Of a stretch of DNA of 64,000 nucleotides, positions 29,786-38,951 are shown piece by piece. The notes below the pieces were generated by a model. It was not told the DNA's origin, did not search any database, and saw only the letters and a list, made by a program, of their open reading frames with translations. Every line of letters begins with the position of its first letter. The first letter of the stretch is position 1. Both the position numbers and the translations under genes were made by a program. The stretch is taken from the NCBI GenBank assembly GCA_965214705.1, contig OZ243972.1:3168001-3232000 (forward strand), read 5' to 3'. The stretch is from Alphaproteobacteria bacterium (lineage in GTDB: Bacteria; Pseudomonadota; Alphaproteobacteria; UBA828).

Positions 29786-30654
29786 CGCACGGCCGCCAGC
29801 GCCGAGGCGCGCAGGTCGCGCAGCACCCGCGCGACGTAGATCGGCACCAGGTGGGCGCGGTACGCGGCCGAGCCCCGGATATCGTCGGGCGGGTCGATGG
29901 CGTCGAGCGCGGCTTCGCCCGCCGCCGCGATGTCCACGTCGTCGAGGCGGCTCCCCTCCAGCAACGCCATGCTGGCCTCGGCCAGAACCGGCGTGTCGTT
30001 GACCCCGCCGAGTCCGATGCGGAGCCCGCCCCAGCGGCCGTCATCGGCGATCCGTCCGGTCGCCGCCACCGAGAGCACGCAGAAATCGTTGTGCCGGCGG
30101 CAGCACTCGCGGAAGGCGAAGTGCGGCGGATGCGGAGGAAAGTGAACCTCGGTCAGCACCTCGTCGGGCGCGAGGGTGGCGGCGTAGGCGCCTTCGTAAA
30201 GGTCTTCCATTGCTATGGCGCGCGCGCCAGTTGGCCCGAGCACGTGGACCGTTGCGCCTAGAACCAGACAGCCCAGGGGCATCTCGCCCGTCGGGTCGCC
30301 CTGCACCAGGCTGCCGCCGATGGTGCCGCGATTGCGCACCTGGCGGTCGCCGACGAAGGCCACCATCGCCTTCAGCAGCGGCAGCCGTTCCGCGATCAGC
30401 GGCGAGAATTCGAGCGTGCTGTAGCGCACCGGCGCGCCGATGCGCGTCTCGTCTCCTTCTGCCGTCAGCCGGGCGAGGTCGGTGAGCCCGTTGATGTCGA
30501 CCACCGCGTCCGGGCGCCAGAGCCGCATGTTCATCATCGGCATCAGGCTCTGGCCGCCGGCCAGGATGCGGGCGCCGCCGTCGTAGTCCTGCAGGTAGCG
30601 CACCGCTTCGGCGATGTCGCCCGGCCGGTGGTAGGCGAAGTCGGCGCTCTTCAC
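29782..30654 (-). CDS. Mo-hydroxylase FAD subunit (CoxM-like)
   Basis: LAGGQSL, QVRNRGTIGGS, DDIRGSAAYR. Confidence 0.92.
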   Translation of the reverse strand: MKSADFAYHRPGDIAEAVRYLQDYDGGARILAGGQSLMPMMNMRLWRPDAVVDINGLTDLARLTAEGDETRIGAPVRYSTLEFSPLIAERLPLLKAMVAFVGDRQVRNRGTIGGSLVQGDPTGEMPLGCLVLGATVHVLGPTGARAIAMEDLYEGAYAATLAPDEVLTEVHFPPHPPHFAFRECCRRHNDFCVLSVAATGRIADDGRWGGLRIGLGGVNDTPVLAEASMALLEGSRLDDVDIAAAGEAALDAIDPPDDIRGSAAYRAHLVPIYVARVLRDLRASALAAVR

Positions 30655-31748
30655 CGGTCTCGGTGTCCGGGGCCCGCCGTCGCCACCCGGCCGCCCGAAA
30701 GCCGGGCGAGCACGTGCCCGACCGCGCTCCGGCTCTCGGAGACGAGGCCGGCACTCTCCCGCTGGCTCCACACCGTCTCGGGCCGGACCTGGAGGACGCG
30801 CACCGCGCCGTCAGCGCCGATGGCCCACTCGATGTCCTGCGCGGCGCCGCGATGCTCCTCGATCCGCTTGGCAAGCCGCGCCAGCGCGAGCGCCTCGGCA
30901 TCGTCGATGCAGGCGGCGTGCCCCCGCTCGGGCGCGGGCGGCATCAGGCGCACCGCGCCTGCAGCGGGATCGAAGCGGTATTCCTCGGCTTGGGGCACGA
31001 TGTCTCGCTTGACGATCTCCAGCGTCACCTTGTCGACGGTGAAGCGGCTCGGCGTCACGTCGCCCTTCACTACCCCCTCGCCGAGGCCCCAGCAGGCCTC
31101 CATGACGATCTTCGAGCGATCGCCGTTGAGCGGGTCAAGGGTGAACATGACGCCTGCGGCCCGCGCCTCCACCATCTGCTGGATGCCGACGCAGATGCCG
31201 TCGCCGCCCGCAGCCGCAGCGTCGCCGCAACCGGCGCGGTAGGAGAGGGCCGCGTCGCCGAACATGCTGGCCCAGCACGCGCGCACATGACGCAGCACCG
31301 CCTCGGCGCCACTGATCCAGAGGTAGGTGTCGTACTGGCCGGCGAAGCTCGCATCGGCGAGATCCTCCGCCTCTCCGCTGGAGCGCACCGCCACGGGCAC
31401 GCCGGCCCGGCCGGTCTTCTCTTCCAGAATCGCGTAGTTGCGCCGGATTGCCGTCTCCAGCCTATCCGGCATCGGGGCCGCGCCGATGGCCTCCACCAGC
31501 TGCGCCCGTGCGCTGCCGATCTCCGCGAGGGCCGCGCGGCGAGCGGCCTCCCGCACGAACGCGGCCTTATCGTCAAGGTCCGCGTGGGCCATGAAGACGC
31601 GATAGGCCGTGGTGGTCACGCCGAACCCCATAGGGACCGCGAAGCCGGCCGCCGTCATCTCGGCGAGGCTCGCGAACTTGCCGCCGAGCAGCGGGTTTTC
31701 CGGCGCGCCTTCCTGATCCAGCCACAGAATGTGGGGATCGTTGGTCAC
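30651..31748 (-). CDS. PEP synthase/PPDK N-terminal ATP-grasp subunit (PpsB/CreI-like)
   Basis: GGKFASL, VAVRSS..EDL..ASFAGQ, GLGE, QDIEW, QVRPET. Confidence 0.9.
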   Translation of the reverse strand: MTNDPHILWLDQEGAPENPLLGGKFASLAEMTAAGFAVPMGFGVTTTAYRVFMAHADLDDKAAFVREAARRAALAEIGSARAQLVEAIGAAPMPDRLETAIRRNYAILEEKTGRAGVPVAVRSSGEAEDLADASFAGQYDTYLWISGAEAVLRHVRACWASMFGDAALSYRAGCGDAAAAGGDGICVGIQQMVEARAAGVMFTLDPLNGDRSKIVMEACWGLGEGVVKGDVTPSRFTVDKVTLEIVKRDIVPQAEEYRFDPAAGAVRLMPPAPERGHAACIDDAEALALARLAKRIEEHRGAAQDIEWAIGADGAVRVLQVRPETVWSQRESAGLVSESRSAVGHVLARLSGGRVATAGPGHRDR

Positions 31749-33640
31749 GGCGCGACCCGCTCCAGAACCGTGACCGTGCCCTCGTTGCCGTCGACCTCGA
31801 CACGGTCGCCGGTCCGGATCGTCGCCGTCGCAAAGCCCACACCGACCACCGCAGGCAGCCCGTACTCGCGCGAGATAATCGCGGTATGGGCCATCATGCC
31901 GCCCACGTCGGAGACTGCCGCGCCAATACGGCCGAAGACGGTCGCCCAGCTTGGCGCTGTGATCCGGCAGACCAGGATCTCGCCCTCGTTGACGCTGTAG
32001 AGGTCTTCGGTGCGGGTAATCACACGGGCCGGACCGGTCACCTTGCCGGCGCACGCGGGCACGCCGCGCAGGACATCGCCGGCGGCGGCGGGATCGACCC
32101 CGAGCCACTCCTCGATCGTCTTTTCGGTGATACCCCAGAGCATGATGGTGATGGGCTCGGTGACGACCTCCGGCGGGGTTCCCAGCGCCGGCGGCGGCGT
32201 CCACTTGCAGAGCGAGTCCCGGATGCGCCGGCGCCGCTCGACGATGGGCCGCCAGTAGACCTCGCCGCGCGGCGGCGAGCCCGTCGCCCAGCCGATCAGC
32301 AGGTCGTAGAGCGCGTCATAGACCTCGTGGCGATGCAGGTAGAAGAGGTCCTCGCGGTCGTCGAGGAAGCCGTGGGCGACGAAGACATCCGCAAGCTCCC
32401 GCACCTTCGACCAGAAGATCGTGTGGTGCCAATGCTCGACGTAGAAGTTGTGGTCCTCGACGTAGGGAAAGACCTTGCAGGTGAGCGCGAGCAGGCCGTC
32501 GAACGCCTCGCGGTCCTGATCGGTGGGCAGCAGGGCGCGGTATTCCGCCGTCACCCGCTGCCGCTCCGCCAGCAGCCGCTCGAGCGGACGGCGGATGTCC
32601 TCGCCCCGCTGCAACGCCTCGACGTAGCCCCGCAGCGCGATGAAGGGCAGCCGCAGGTCGTCGATCCATACCGGATCCGAATGGTCGTAGCCGACGCCCG
32701 TGGAGAAGTGGAACCACGGCTCCTTCGCCGCCTCGAAGGCCTCCAGCCATTCGGCTCCGCCCGGTGCCTTCGCCATGGCCGCCAGCAGCGCGTCGGGGTC
32801 GTCGTGCTGCAGGACGATGCCGGCGAGGTTCCGCTCGACCGCCAGTTCGGCCAGCTCGCGCACCTTGTCGTCGGGCCGCAGCAGCAGGTTGTCGATGCCG
32901 CAGACGATTTGCGTCAGCGTGCGATCGGTGATGCCGGGAAACGCCCGCTGACAGAATTCGCGGAAGGTCAGGTAGGCGCCGTAGCCCAGGTTCAGCATCT
33001 CGAAATGGTAGGAGCCCATCTCGAGCATGTTCTCGATCAGCCGGTTGTAGGCGCTGAGCAGGTCGTGCGAGGAGTAGACGCCGCGGTGGCCGAAGACGTT
33101 CTCCTCGGGCTCCAGCTCCGGCAGCGGGCGGAACTCGATCTCGGTCAGGCGCGCGATGCAGTCCTTCGCCTTCTTGGCCCAGTTGCCGTAGATCTCGTCC
33201 CAGTTCTCGAAGTAATGGCCGGCGCGGCAGGTGAAGTGCTCGTTGCGCGCGGCGATCTGGTCTGGGTCGGTGACGCTGTTGGGGCTGACGTAGATGTAGC
33301 CGTTGACCAGCCGCTGATCGATGCCCATGGCGACCGGAATGGGCCAGACCCGGCTCGCCATCTGGCTGGCCGCCACCCACCAGTTCTCGGTCATGATGGT
33401 GTCGAAGGGATAGAGCGGCTCCGGGTTGTGCATCCCATCGAAGAACCAGAACTTTCCCTCCTCCATCGCGCGGCGTTCGTCGCTGATCAGGCAGTAATAG
33501 GGATATAGCTCCTCCCAGCCCTCGGCGCCGTCGGGCGTGGGCAGTTCGAACGGGCTCGGGAAGCCCCGGTTGAGGGGCGGCGTCGCCGCGGCCTCCGGGC
33601 CTGTCCCGGCGCTCTCGGGTGTGTCACTCATACGTGGCAC
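31745..33640 (-). CDS. PEP-utilising phosphohistidine subunit (PpsA/CreH-like)
   Basis: C-terminal swivel domain GGMMAHTAIISREYGLPAVVG; no pyruvate-binding domain. Confidence 0.88.
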   Translation of the reverse strand: MPRMSDTPESAGTGPEAAATPPLNRGFPSPFELPTPDGAEGWEELYPYYCLISDERRAMEEGKFWFFDGMHNPEPLYPFDTIMTENWWVAASQMASRVWPIPVAMGIDQRLVNGYIYVSPNSVTDPDQIAARNEHFTCRAGHYFENWDEIYGNWAKKAKDCIARLTEIEFRPLPELEPEENVFGHRGVYSSHDLLSAYNRLIENMLEMGSYHFEMLNLGYGAYLTFREFCQRAFPGITDRTLTQIVCGIDNLLLRPDDKVRELAELAVERNLAGIVLQHDDPDALLAAMAKAPGGAEWLEAFEAAKEPWFHFSTGVGYDHSDPVWIDDLRLPFIALRGYVEALQRGEDIRRPLERLLAERQRVTAEYRALLPTDQDREAFDGLLALTCKVFPYVEDHNFYVEHWHHTIFWSKVRELADVFVAHGFLDDREDLFYLHRHEVYDALYDLLIGWATGSPPRGEVYWRPIVERRRRIRDSLCKWTPPPALGTPPEVVTEPITIMLWGITEKTIEEWLGVDPAAAGDVLRGVPACAGKVTGPARVITRTEDLYSVNEGEILVCRITAPSWATVFGRIGAAVSDVGGMMAHTAIISREYGLPAVVGVGFATATIRTGDRVEVDGNEGTVTVLERVAP

Positions 33641-33722
33641 CTCGCGTCCTGCCGCCCGGCATCATGCCACGCGTGCGCCCAACGGTTCACGACCATAGGG
33701 CGAGGCGGATCGTGCGCCGGCG

Positions 33723-33893
33723 CTACTCGGCGGCGGCCGCGGCCTCCTGCGGCTCCCACTCGGGGATGCGGCCGTCGTAGTAGGGCATCTGCTCGACCCG
33801 CGGCGTCCACGAGCCGTTGTCGATGCAGGCGCGGACGTGGCGCGCGATCTCGTCCGGCCACGGCACCGGGTTCTCGATCAGCTTGAGCGTCAT
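33723..33893 (-). pseudogene. Internally deleted polysaccharide-deacetylase/PuuE-like gene (56 aa N- plus C-terminal fusion)
   Basis: MTLKLIENPVPWPD joined directly to EIARHVRACIDNGSWTPRVEQMPYY; good RBS (GAGGAGGG). Confidence 0.7.
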
Positions 33894-33958
33894 CGCTTCC
33901 CTCCTCGCGGCAACCGCCGCAGCGGACCTTACACGCGGCCAGGAACGAAGCCAAGAAT

Positions 33959-34015
33959 ACGAAATTCGTGAATTCACGGGCTTACATTGACGGATTTCCG
34001 GGTCATAGCTAAACT
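33959..34015 (+). promoter_or_regulatory. sigma70 promoter of lrp and overlapping palindromes in the divergent intergenic region
   Basis: TTGACG-N17-TAAACT (33987-34015); ACGAAATTCGT and CGTGAATTCACG palindromes. Confidence 0.65.
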
Positions 34016-34083
34016 GCCGTGAGGATTTCGGTGGACTTGGACGTTCTGGGAGCCGGAATCCGCTGGCCGCACGAGAGGTTGGC

Positions 34084-34737
34084 ATGAGCGCCTCGAAACC
34101 ATCCTCGCAGGCGAAGGGGAACAGCCGGGAGCCTCGGCTTCGCGCGCTGGCGGAGGGCGAGCCCGCGCCGGTCATGGGCCTGCGCCAGGTCGGGATGGCG
34201 GACCTGCAGGGCGATGCGGTCGCCCCTGCCTCGATCCCTCATATCGAAGGGCTTAACCGGGAGATCGTCGCCCTGCTGCAGGAGGACGGCCGGACGCCGT
34301 TCTCCAGCATTGCGCGCACGCTGGGCGTCTCGGAAGGGACCGTGCGCTCCCGTGTGGGCCAGATGCACAAGGCCAACCTGATCCACTTCATCACGGTGGT
34401 GAACCCGCTGGCGCTGGGCTACACGGCCTGGTCGATGCTCGGCATCAAGGTCGCCCGCGGCGCCAGCGCCCATGAGGTGGCGTCCCACTTCCGCGATCGG
34501 CCGGAGGTCGTCTATGTCATGCGCGTCGCCGCGCGCTTCGACCTGCTGGCTGAGGTGGTGTGCGGCTCGCCCGACGAGCTGCGCGAATTCCTCGATGACC
34601 ATTGCTACGGCTCGGACGACATCGCCCAGGTCGAGCCGATGATGGGGCTGGGCCTCTACAAGAGCCTGTTCAAGTGGGACAAGCCGCTCGGCGCCGGCGA
34701 TGGCCGCGGCAAGTCGGCCGGACGCAGCAGCCGGTAG
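34084..34737 (+). CDS. Lrp/AsnC-family regulator
   Basis: LQEDGRTPFSSIARTLGVSEGTVRSRV HTH plus RAM domain. Confidence 0.9.
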   Translation: MSASKPSSQAKGNSREPRLRALAEGEPAPVMGLRQVGMADLQGDAVAPASIPHIEGLNREIVALLQEDGRTPFSSIARTLGVSEGTVRSRVGQMHKANLIHFITVVNPLALGYTAWSMLGIKVARGASAHEVASHFRDRPEVVYVMRVAARFDLLAEVVCGSPDELREFLDDHCYGSDDIAQVEPMMGLGLYKSLFKWDKPLGAGDGRGKSAGRSSR

Positions 34738-34774
34738 CGGCCAACGCATAAGAAGAAAGGGGAGACCAACCGCC

Positions 34775-36010
34775 ATGAGCAAGCGCCGCATCATGCCTAC
34801 CGGACACTGGGACTGGAGCATGCCGGTCACGCTCTCCCAGGGCTGGCGGCTGGGCGATCTGGTCGTGGTCGGCGGCCAGATTTCGGCGGATGATAAGGGC
34901 CGCACGGTCGGCGGCGACATCGAGACCCAGACCCGCAACATCATGGAGTTCATCGGCCGGGTGTTGCGCGAGTCGGGCGCCGACTTCGGCGATGTGGTGA
35001 AGCAGAACGTCTACTACGTGGTCGATGACGAGAGCCCGCCGGCGGACGAGATCGTGCGGCGCATCGACGCGGTGCAGGCCGAGTATTTTGCGGCGCCGGG
35101 CCCAGTCACGACCGAGACGCCGGTCTCCGGCCTCGCCTACGAGGGGCTGCTGCTGGAGATCGACGCCTTCGCCGTGGTGGGTGCAAACAAGCGCCCGCTC
35201 ACGCCCGAGGGCCACTGGTCGCGTGGCAACGGCATCGCCTGCGTCCAGGGCTGGCAGGCGGGCGACTGGGTCTTCGTCGGCGGCCAGCGCTCGCTCAACG
35301 GAGACGGCTCGCTCAGGGATGCCGGCGACATCGCAGCCCAGACCCGCAATTGCTTCAACGGCATGGCGGGCGTCCTTGCCGAGGCCGGCGCCTCGATGAA
35401 CGACCTCTTGCGCCTCAACACCTACTACCGGCACGAGACCGCGGGCGCCGACGTGACCGCGTTCTGGGAGGCGCTGACTCGGGTGCGCATGGAGCACCTG
35501 CCGAACCCGGGGCCCGCCGGCACGGGGCTCAGGGTCAAGGATTTCTCTCATCCGGGCGAGCTGATTCAGATCGAGGGCGTTGCTCATCTCGGCCAGGAGC
35601 GCCGGCGCATCATGCCGGCAGGCCACTGGGACTGGAGCATGCCGGTACCCTTCTCCCAGGGCTGGCGGGTCGGCAACGTCGTCTTCGCGGGCGGTCAGAT
35701 CTCCGCCGACCGGAAGGGGCGGACGGTCGGCCCCGGCGACATCGCCCAGCAGACCGAGAACGTGTTCGAGAGCCTGATCGCGGTGCTGGGCGAGGCCGGC
35801 GCCGAGATGAGCGACGTGGTCAAGCTCAACACCTATTACCAGTACGACGACGGCAGCGCCTCGCCCACGGAGTACTGGGAGAAGATGACCGAAGTGCGGC
35901 GGCGCTACTTCCCGCCGCTCGGGCCGGCGGCGACGGCGGTCCGCGTGGACGGCTACGCCTTCGAGGACCTGCTGATCGAGATCGAGGCAATTGCCGTGGT
36001 GGGCGAGTGA
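34775..36010 (+). CDS. Three-domain RidA/YjgF-family protein
   Basis: Three repeats of GH/W..QGW..GGQ..DI..QT..EI[DE]. Confidence 0.88.
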   Translation: MSKRRIMPTGHWDWSMPVTLSQGWRLGDLVVVGGQISADDKGRTVGGDIETQTRNIMEFIGRVLRESGADFGDVVKQNVYYVVDDESPPADEIVRRIDAVQAEYFAAPGPVTTETPVSGLAYEGLLLEIDAFAVVGANKRPLTPEGHWSRGNGIACVQGWQAGDWVFVGGQRSLNGDGSLRDAGDIAAQTRNCFNGMAGVLAEAGASMNDLLRLNTYYRHETAGADVTAFWEALTRVRMEHLPNPGPAGTGLRVKDFSHPGELIQIEGVAHLGQERRRIMPAGHWDWSMPVPFSQGWRVGNVVFAGGQISADRKGRTVGPGDIAQQTENVFESLIAVLGEAGAEMSDVVKLNTYYQYDDGSASPTEYWEKMTEVRRRYFPPLGPAATAVRVDGYAFEDLLIEIEAIAVVGE

Positions 36011-36059
36011 TGCTGTCAGGGTGCTTTTCTCACCACCGCCGGCCTCCGGGGTGACATGA

Positions 36060-36941
36060 ATGGCCCAGGGACAAGCCGGGGGCTCACCGCCGTCCGATGC
36101 GAATGCGCATCCGGGCGACACCGCTCCCGCGCCGGTCTTCAAGCCGCCCCGCCAGCCCTTCCTGGAGGTGCTCGGCTCGCTCACGCAACGGCGCACCGTG
36201 GTGCTGGGCGTCGCGGGCGTCATCATCTTCTTCGCCGTCTGGGAGGTCGCCCACTACGTCACGCCCGAGGAGAAGCAGCGCTTTCTGCCCGCCGTCGAGC
36301 AAGTGGTGGCCGAGATCGCCTTTCTCTTCGCCGAGAAGAACTTCATCGCCGATGTCGGTACCAGCCTCTACCGCATCTACGCCAGTTTCTTCGTCGCCAG
36401 CCTGATCGCCGTGCCGCTCGGCGTCTTCATGGGCTGCTTCGTCAAGGCACGCGCGCTGATCAGCCCCACCACGGGGGGCTGGCGCTATCTGCCGGCGGCC
36501 TCCTTCGCGCCGCTCCTGCTGGTGTGGTTCGGGCCCACCGACTTCGCCAAGATGGCGCTGCTCTTCCTCGGCTGCTTCTTCTTTCTCGTGGCGCTGATCC
36601 TCGACAACACGCTCGCGGTCCAGCGCGAGCTGATCGAATCCGGCCTCACCATGGGGGCCAAGCGGCGGCAGGTGGTGGGCATCACGTTCCGGGCCGCCGC
36701 ACCCGCCATCCTCGATTCCATGCGCAACATGATCGCGGTCGCCTGGACCTACCTGGTGATCGCCGAGATCATCGTGGCGACCGACGGCATCGGCGCGGTG
36801 ATGATGCGGGCCGCGCGCTTCCTCCACGTCGACATCATGATGGGCGGCATCCTCACCATCGGCGTGCTCGGCGTGCTGACCGACATCACGTTCCGCATCG
36901 CGAGCCGGCTGCTCTTCCCGTACCTGCGGGTCAGGCGCTAG
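36060..36941 (+). CDS. ABC permease (TauC/SsuC type)
   Basis: AWTYLVIAE..ATDGIG. Confidence 0.88.
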   Translation: MAQGQAGGSPPSDANAHPGDTAPAPVFKPPRQPFLEVLGSLTQRRTVVLGVAGVIIFFAVWEVAHYVTPEEKQRFLPAVEQVVAEIAFLFAEKNFIADVGTSLYRIYASFFVASLIAVPLGVFMGCFVKARALISPTTGGWRYLPAASFAPLLLVWFGPTDFAKMALLFLGCFFFLVALILDNTLAVQRELIESGLTMGAKRRQVVGITFRAAAPAILDSMRNMIAVAWTYLVIAEIIVATDGIGAVMMRAARFLHVDIMMGGILTIGVLGVLTDITFRIASRLLFPYLRVRR

Positions 36942-36952
36942 GAGGCGGCGGG

Positions 36953-37798
36953 ATGGCGGTCTTCGGCTTGGGGAGAACGGCGGCGGCGCAGGCGGGAGCG
37001 AATGCCCCGGTGCCGGGCACGCCCCCGTTGCGCGCCAACCGGGTCACCAAGAGCTATCTCAAGGGCAGCGTGATTGCTCTCGACGACGTTTCCTTCGACG
37101 TTCATGCCAACCAGGTCACGGCGATGATCGGCCCGTCGGGCTGCGGCAAGACGACGATGCTGCGGCTGATGGCGGGCCTCGAATACCCCTCGCGGGGCGA
37201 CGTGACCATGTTCGGCCAGCCGATCATGGGGCCGGGGCCGGAGCGCGGCATGGTGTTCCAGGCCTACACGTCTTTCCCGTGGCTCACGACGCGGGCCAAC
37301 ATCGAGTACGGGCTGAAGCTCCAGGGGCTTGCGAAGGCGGAGCGGCGCGAACGCGCCGAGCACTTCCTCGAGCTGGTTCATCTGGAGGGGTTCGCCAATG
37401 CCTATCCGGCCGAGCTATCCGGCGGCATGAAGCAGCGCGTCTCCATCGCGCGCACGCTGGCGCAGAACCCGGCGCTGCTGTTGCTGGATGAGCCCTTCGG
37501 CGCGCTCGACGCCCAGGTCACCTGGGAAATGGAGGAGATGATCATCGAGATCATCGAGCGTGAGAACAAGACGGTGGTGGTAGTGACCCACGACATCCAG
37601 GAGGCGATCTACCTCGCCGACAGGATCATCTTCTACACACGGCAGCCGGGGCGGATCAAAGCCGACCTCCCTATGGCGTTCAAGGAAGGCCGCCGCTTCC
37701 GCAAGAAGGAGGAGATGCTCGTGCATCCGGGCTATGTGGACATGGAGCGGCGGCTCTACGCGATGATGCGCGAGGAAATCCGGGGGCGGGTCAGCTAG
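36953..37798 (+). CDS. ABC ATPase (TauB/SsuB type)
   Basis: GPSGCGKT, LSGGMKQR, DEPFGALD. Confidence 0.9.
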   Translation: MAVFGLGRTAAAQAGANAPVPGTPPLRANRVTKSYLKGSVIALDDVSFDVHANQVTAMIGPSGCGKTTMLRLMAGLEYPSRGDVTMFGQPIMGPGPERGMVFQAYTSFPWLTTRANIEYGLKLQGLAKAERRERAEHFLELVHLEGFANAYPAELSGGMKQRVSIARTLAQNPALLLLDEPFGALDAQVTWEMEEMIIEIIERENKTVVVVTHDIQEAIYLADRIIFYTRQPGRIKADLPMAFKEGRRFRKKEEMLVHPGYVDMERRLYAMMREEIRGRVS

Positions 37799-37841
37799 GG
37801 ACCGCCTCCACGGTCAAACCGAAGCAGAGGGAGAATCGAAC

Positions 37842-38882
37842 ATGCTGTGGCGAACATCCATCATAACACTGGCGGCCTGCGCGCTCGCGTTCGGCGTCGT
37901 CAGTGCCGCGAGCGCGAAGGACACCGTCCGGGTCGCGCACTTCAGCTGGCCGGGCTACGGCTTCCTCCATATCGCCAAGGCGAAGGGCATGCTGCCCGAG
38001 AACATGGACCTCGAAATCTCGATCATCGAGGACCCGGTGCAGAGCATGGGCCTGCTCGCGAGCGGCCAGCTCGACGTCGTGACCAGCACCATCGAGTTCG
38101 GCCCGATCGCGCTAGCCGAGGACATGCCGGTGAAGCTGCTCGGCCTCACCAATCTCGGCAACGGCTCGGACCGCATCATCGTGGGGCCCGACATCAAGGA
38201 GCCGGGGGATCTCAGGGGCAAGAAGGTCGGTGTCATCGAAGGCGGGCTTTCGCAGATCTACATGGCGATCTGGCTGGAGCAGCAGGGCATCAAGTGGGAC
38301 GAGGTGGAGATGGTGAACCTCTTCCCGGATGCCGCCGCAGCCGCGATGATCGCGGGTCAGCTCGACGCCGCCGAGCTCTGGGACCCCTACGGCCCGCAGG
38401 TGCTGGAAGAGCTCGCGGGCTCGCGCGAGATGAGCCATTCCGGCGAGGAATACTGGCTCAAGGAAGGCCTGATCGCCGACGCGATCTTCGTCTCCGACGC
38501 GTTCATTGCGGAAAACCGCGACCTGCTGGTGGCGCTGATCAAGTCCCGCTACGAGGCGGTCGAGTGGTGGCGTCAGAACCCCACCGAGGGCAATGAAATG
38601 ATCGCCGGGATCCTGCAGTGGGGCGTGCCGGACGTGGAGCCCATCCTCGGTGGCGTGAACAACCCCGACGACGGTACCCTCTACATGTATAGTCTGGAGG
38701 AATCGGCGCAATTCTGCGGCGTTGCCGAGGGCGAGCCGCCCTTCGGCCAGCGCAACGGCCAGCTCGCCGACCATTGGGAGCTCACCAACAAGTGGTGGTT
38801 GACCTTTGGCCTGATGACCGAGACGGTCGCTCCGGCGGAGGGGATCGATTGCTCGATCCTCAAGGACGCGCTCGGCGGGTAA
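37842..38882 (+). CDS. ABC substrate-binding protein (SsuA/THI5-like)
   Basis: Signal peptide, WPGY, DLRGKKVG, WDPY. Confidence 0.85.
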   Translation: MLWRTSIITLAACALAFGVVSAASAKDTVRVAHFSWPGYGFLHIAKAKGMLPENMDLEISIIEDPVQSMGLLASGQLDVVTSTIEFGPIALAEDMPVKLLGLTNLGNGSDRIIVGPDIKEPGDLRGKKVGVIEGGLSQIYMAIWLEQQGIKWDEVEMVNLFPDAAAAAMIAGQLDAAELWDPYGPQVLEELAGSREMSHSGEEYWLKEGLIADAIFVSDAFIAENRDLLVALIKSRYEAVEWWRQNPTEGNEMIAGILQWGVPDVEPILGGVNNPDDGTLYMYSLEESAQFCGVAEGEPPFGQRNGQLADHWELTNKWWLTFGLMTETVAPAEGIDCSILKDALGG

Positions 38883-38951
38883 GGTTGGGGTGCGGGCGGC
38901 GTCATCGGGGCGCTGCCCGTATCGCCCGGTACGGACCAGGGAGACGATCGA

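Noticed and set aside
26429-30654. Aerobic CO dehydrogenase (coxMSL)
   Set aside because: Active-site loop is AYRGYGQ, not the form I AYxCSFR; context points to a heteroaromatic hydroxylase.
30651-33640. Gluconeogenic PEP synthase or rifampin phosphotransferase
   Set aside because: Split into two genes, lacks the pyruvate-binding domain and is translationally coupled to Mo-hydroxylase genes.
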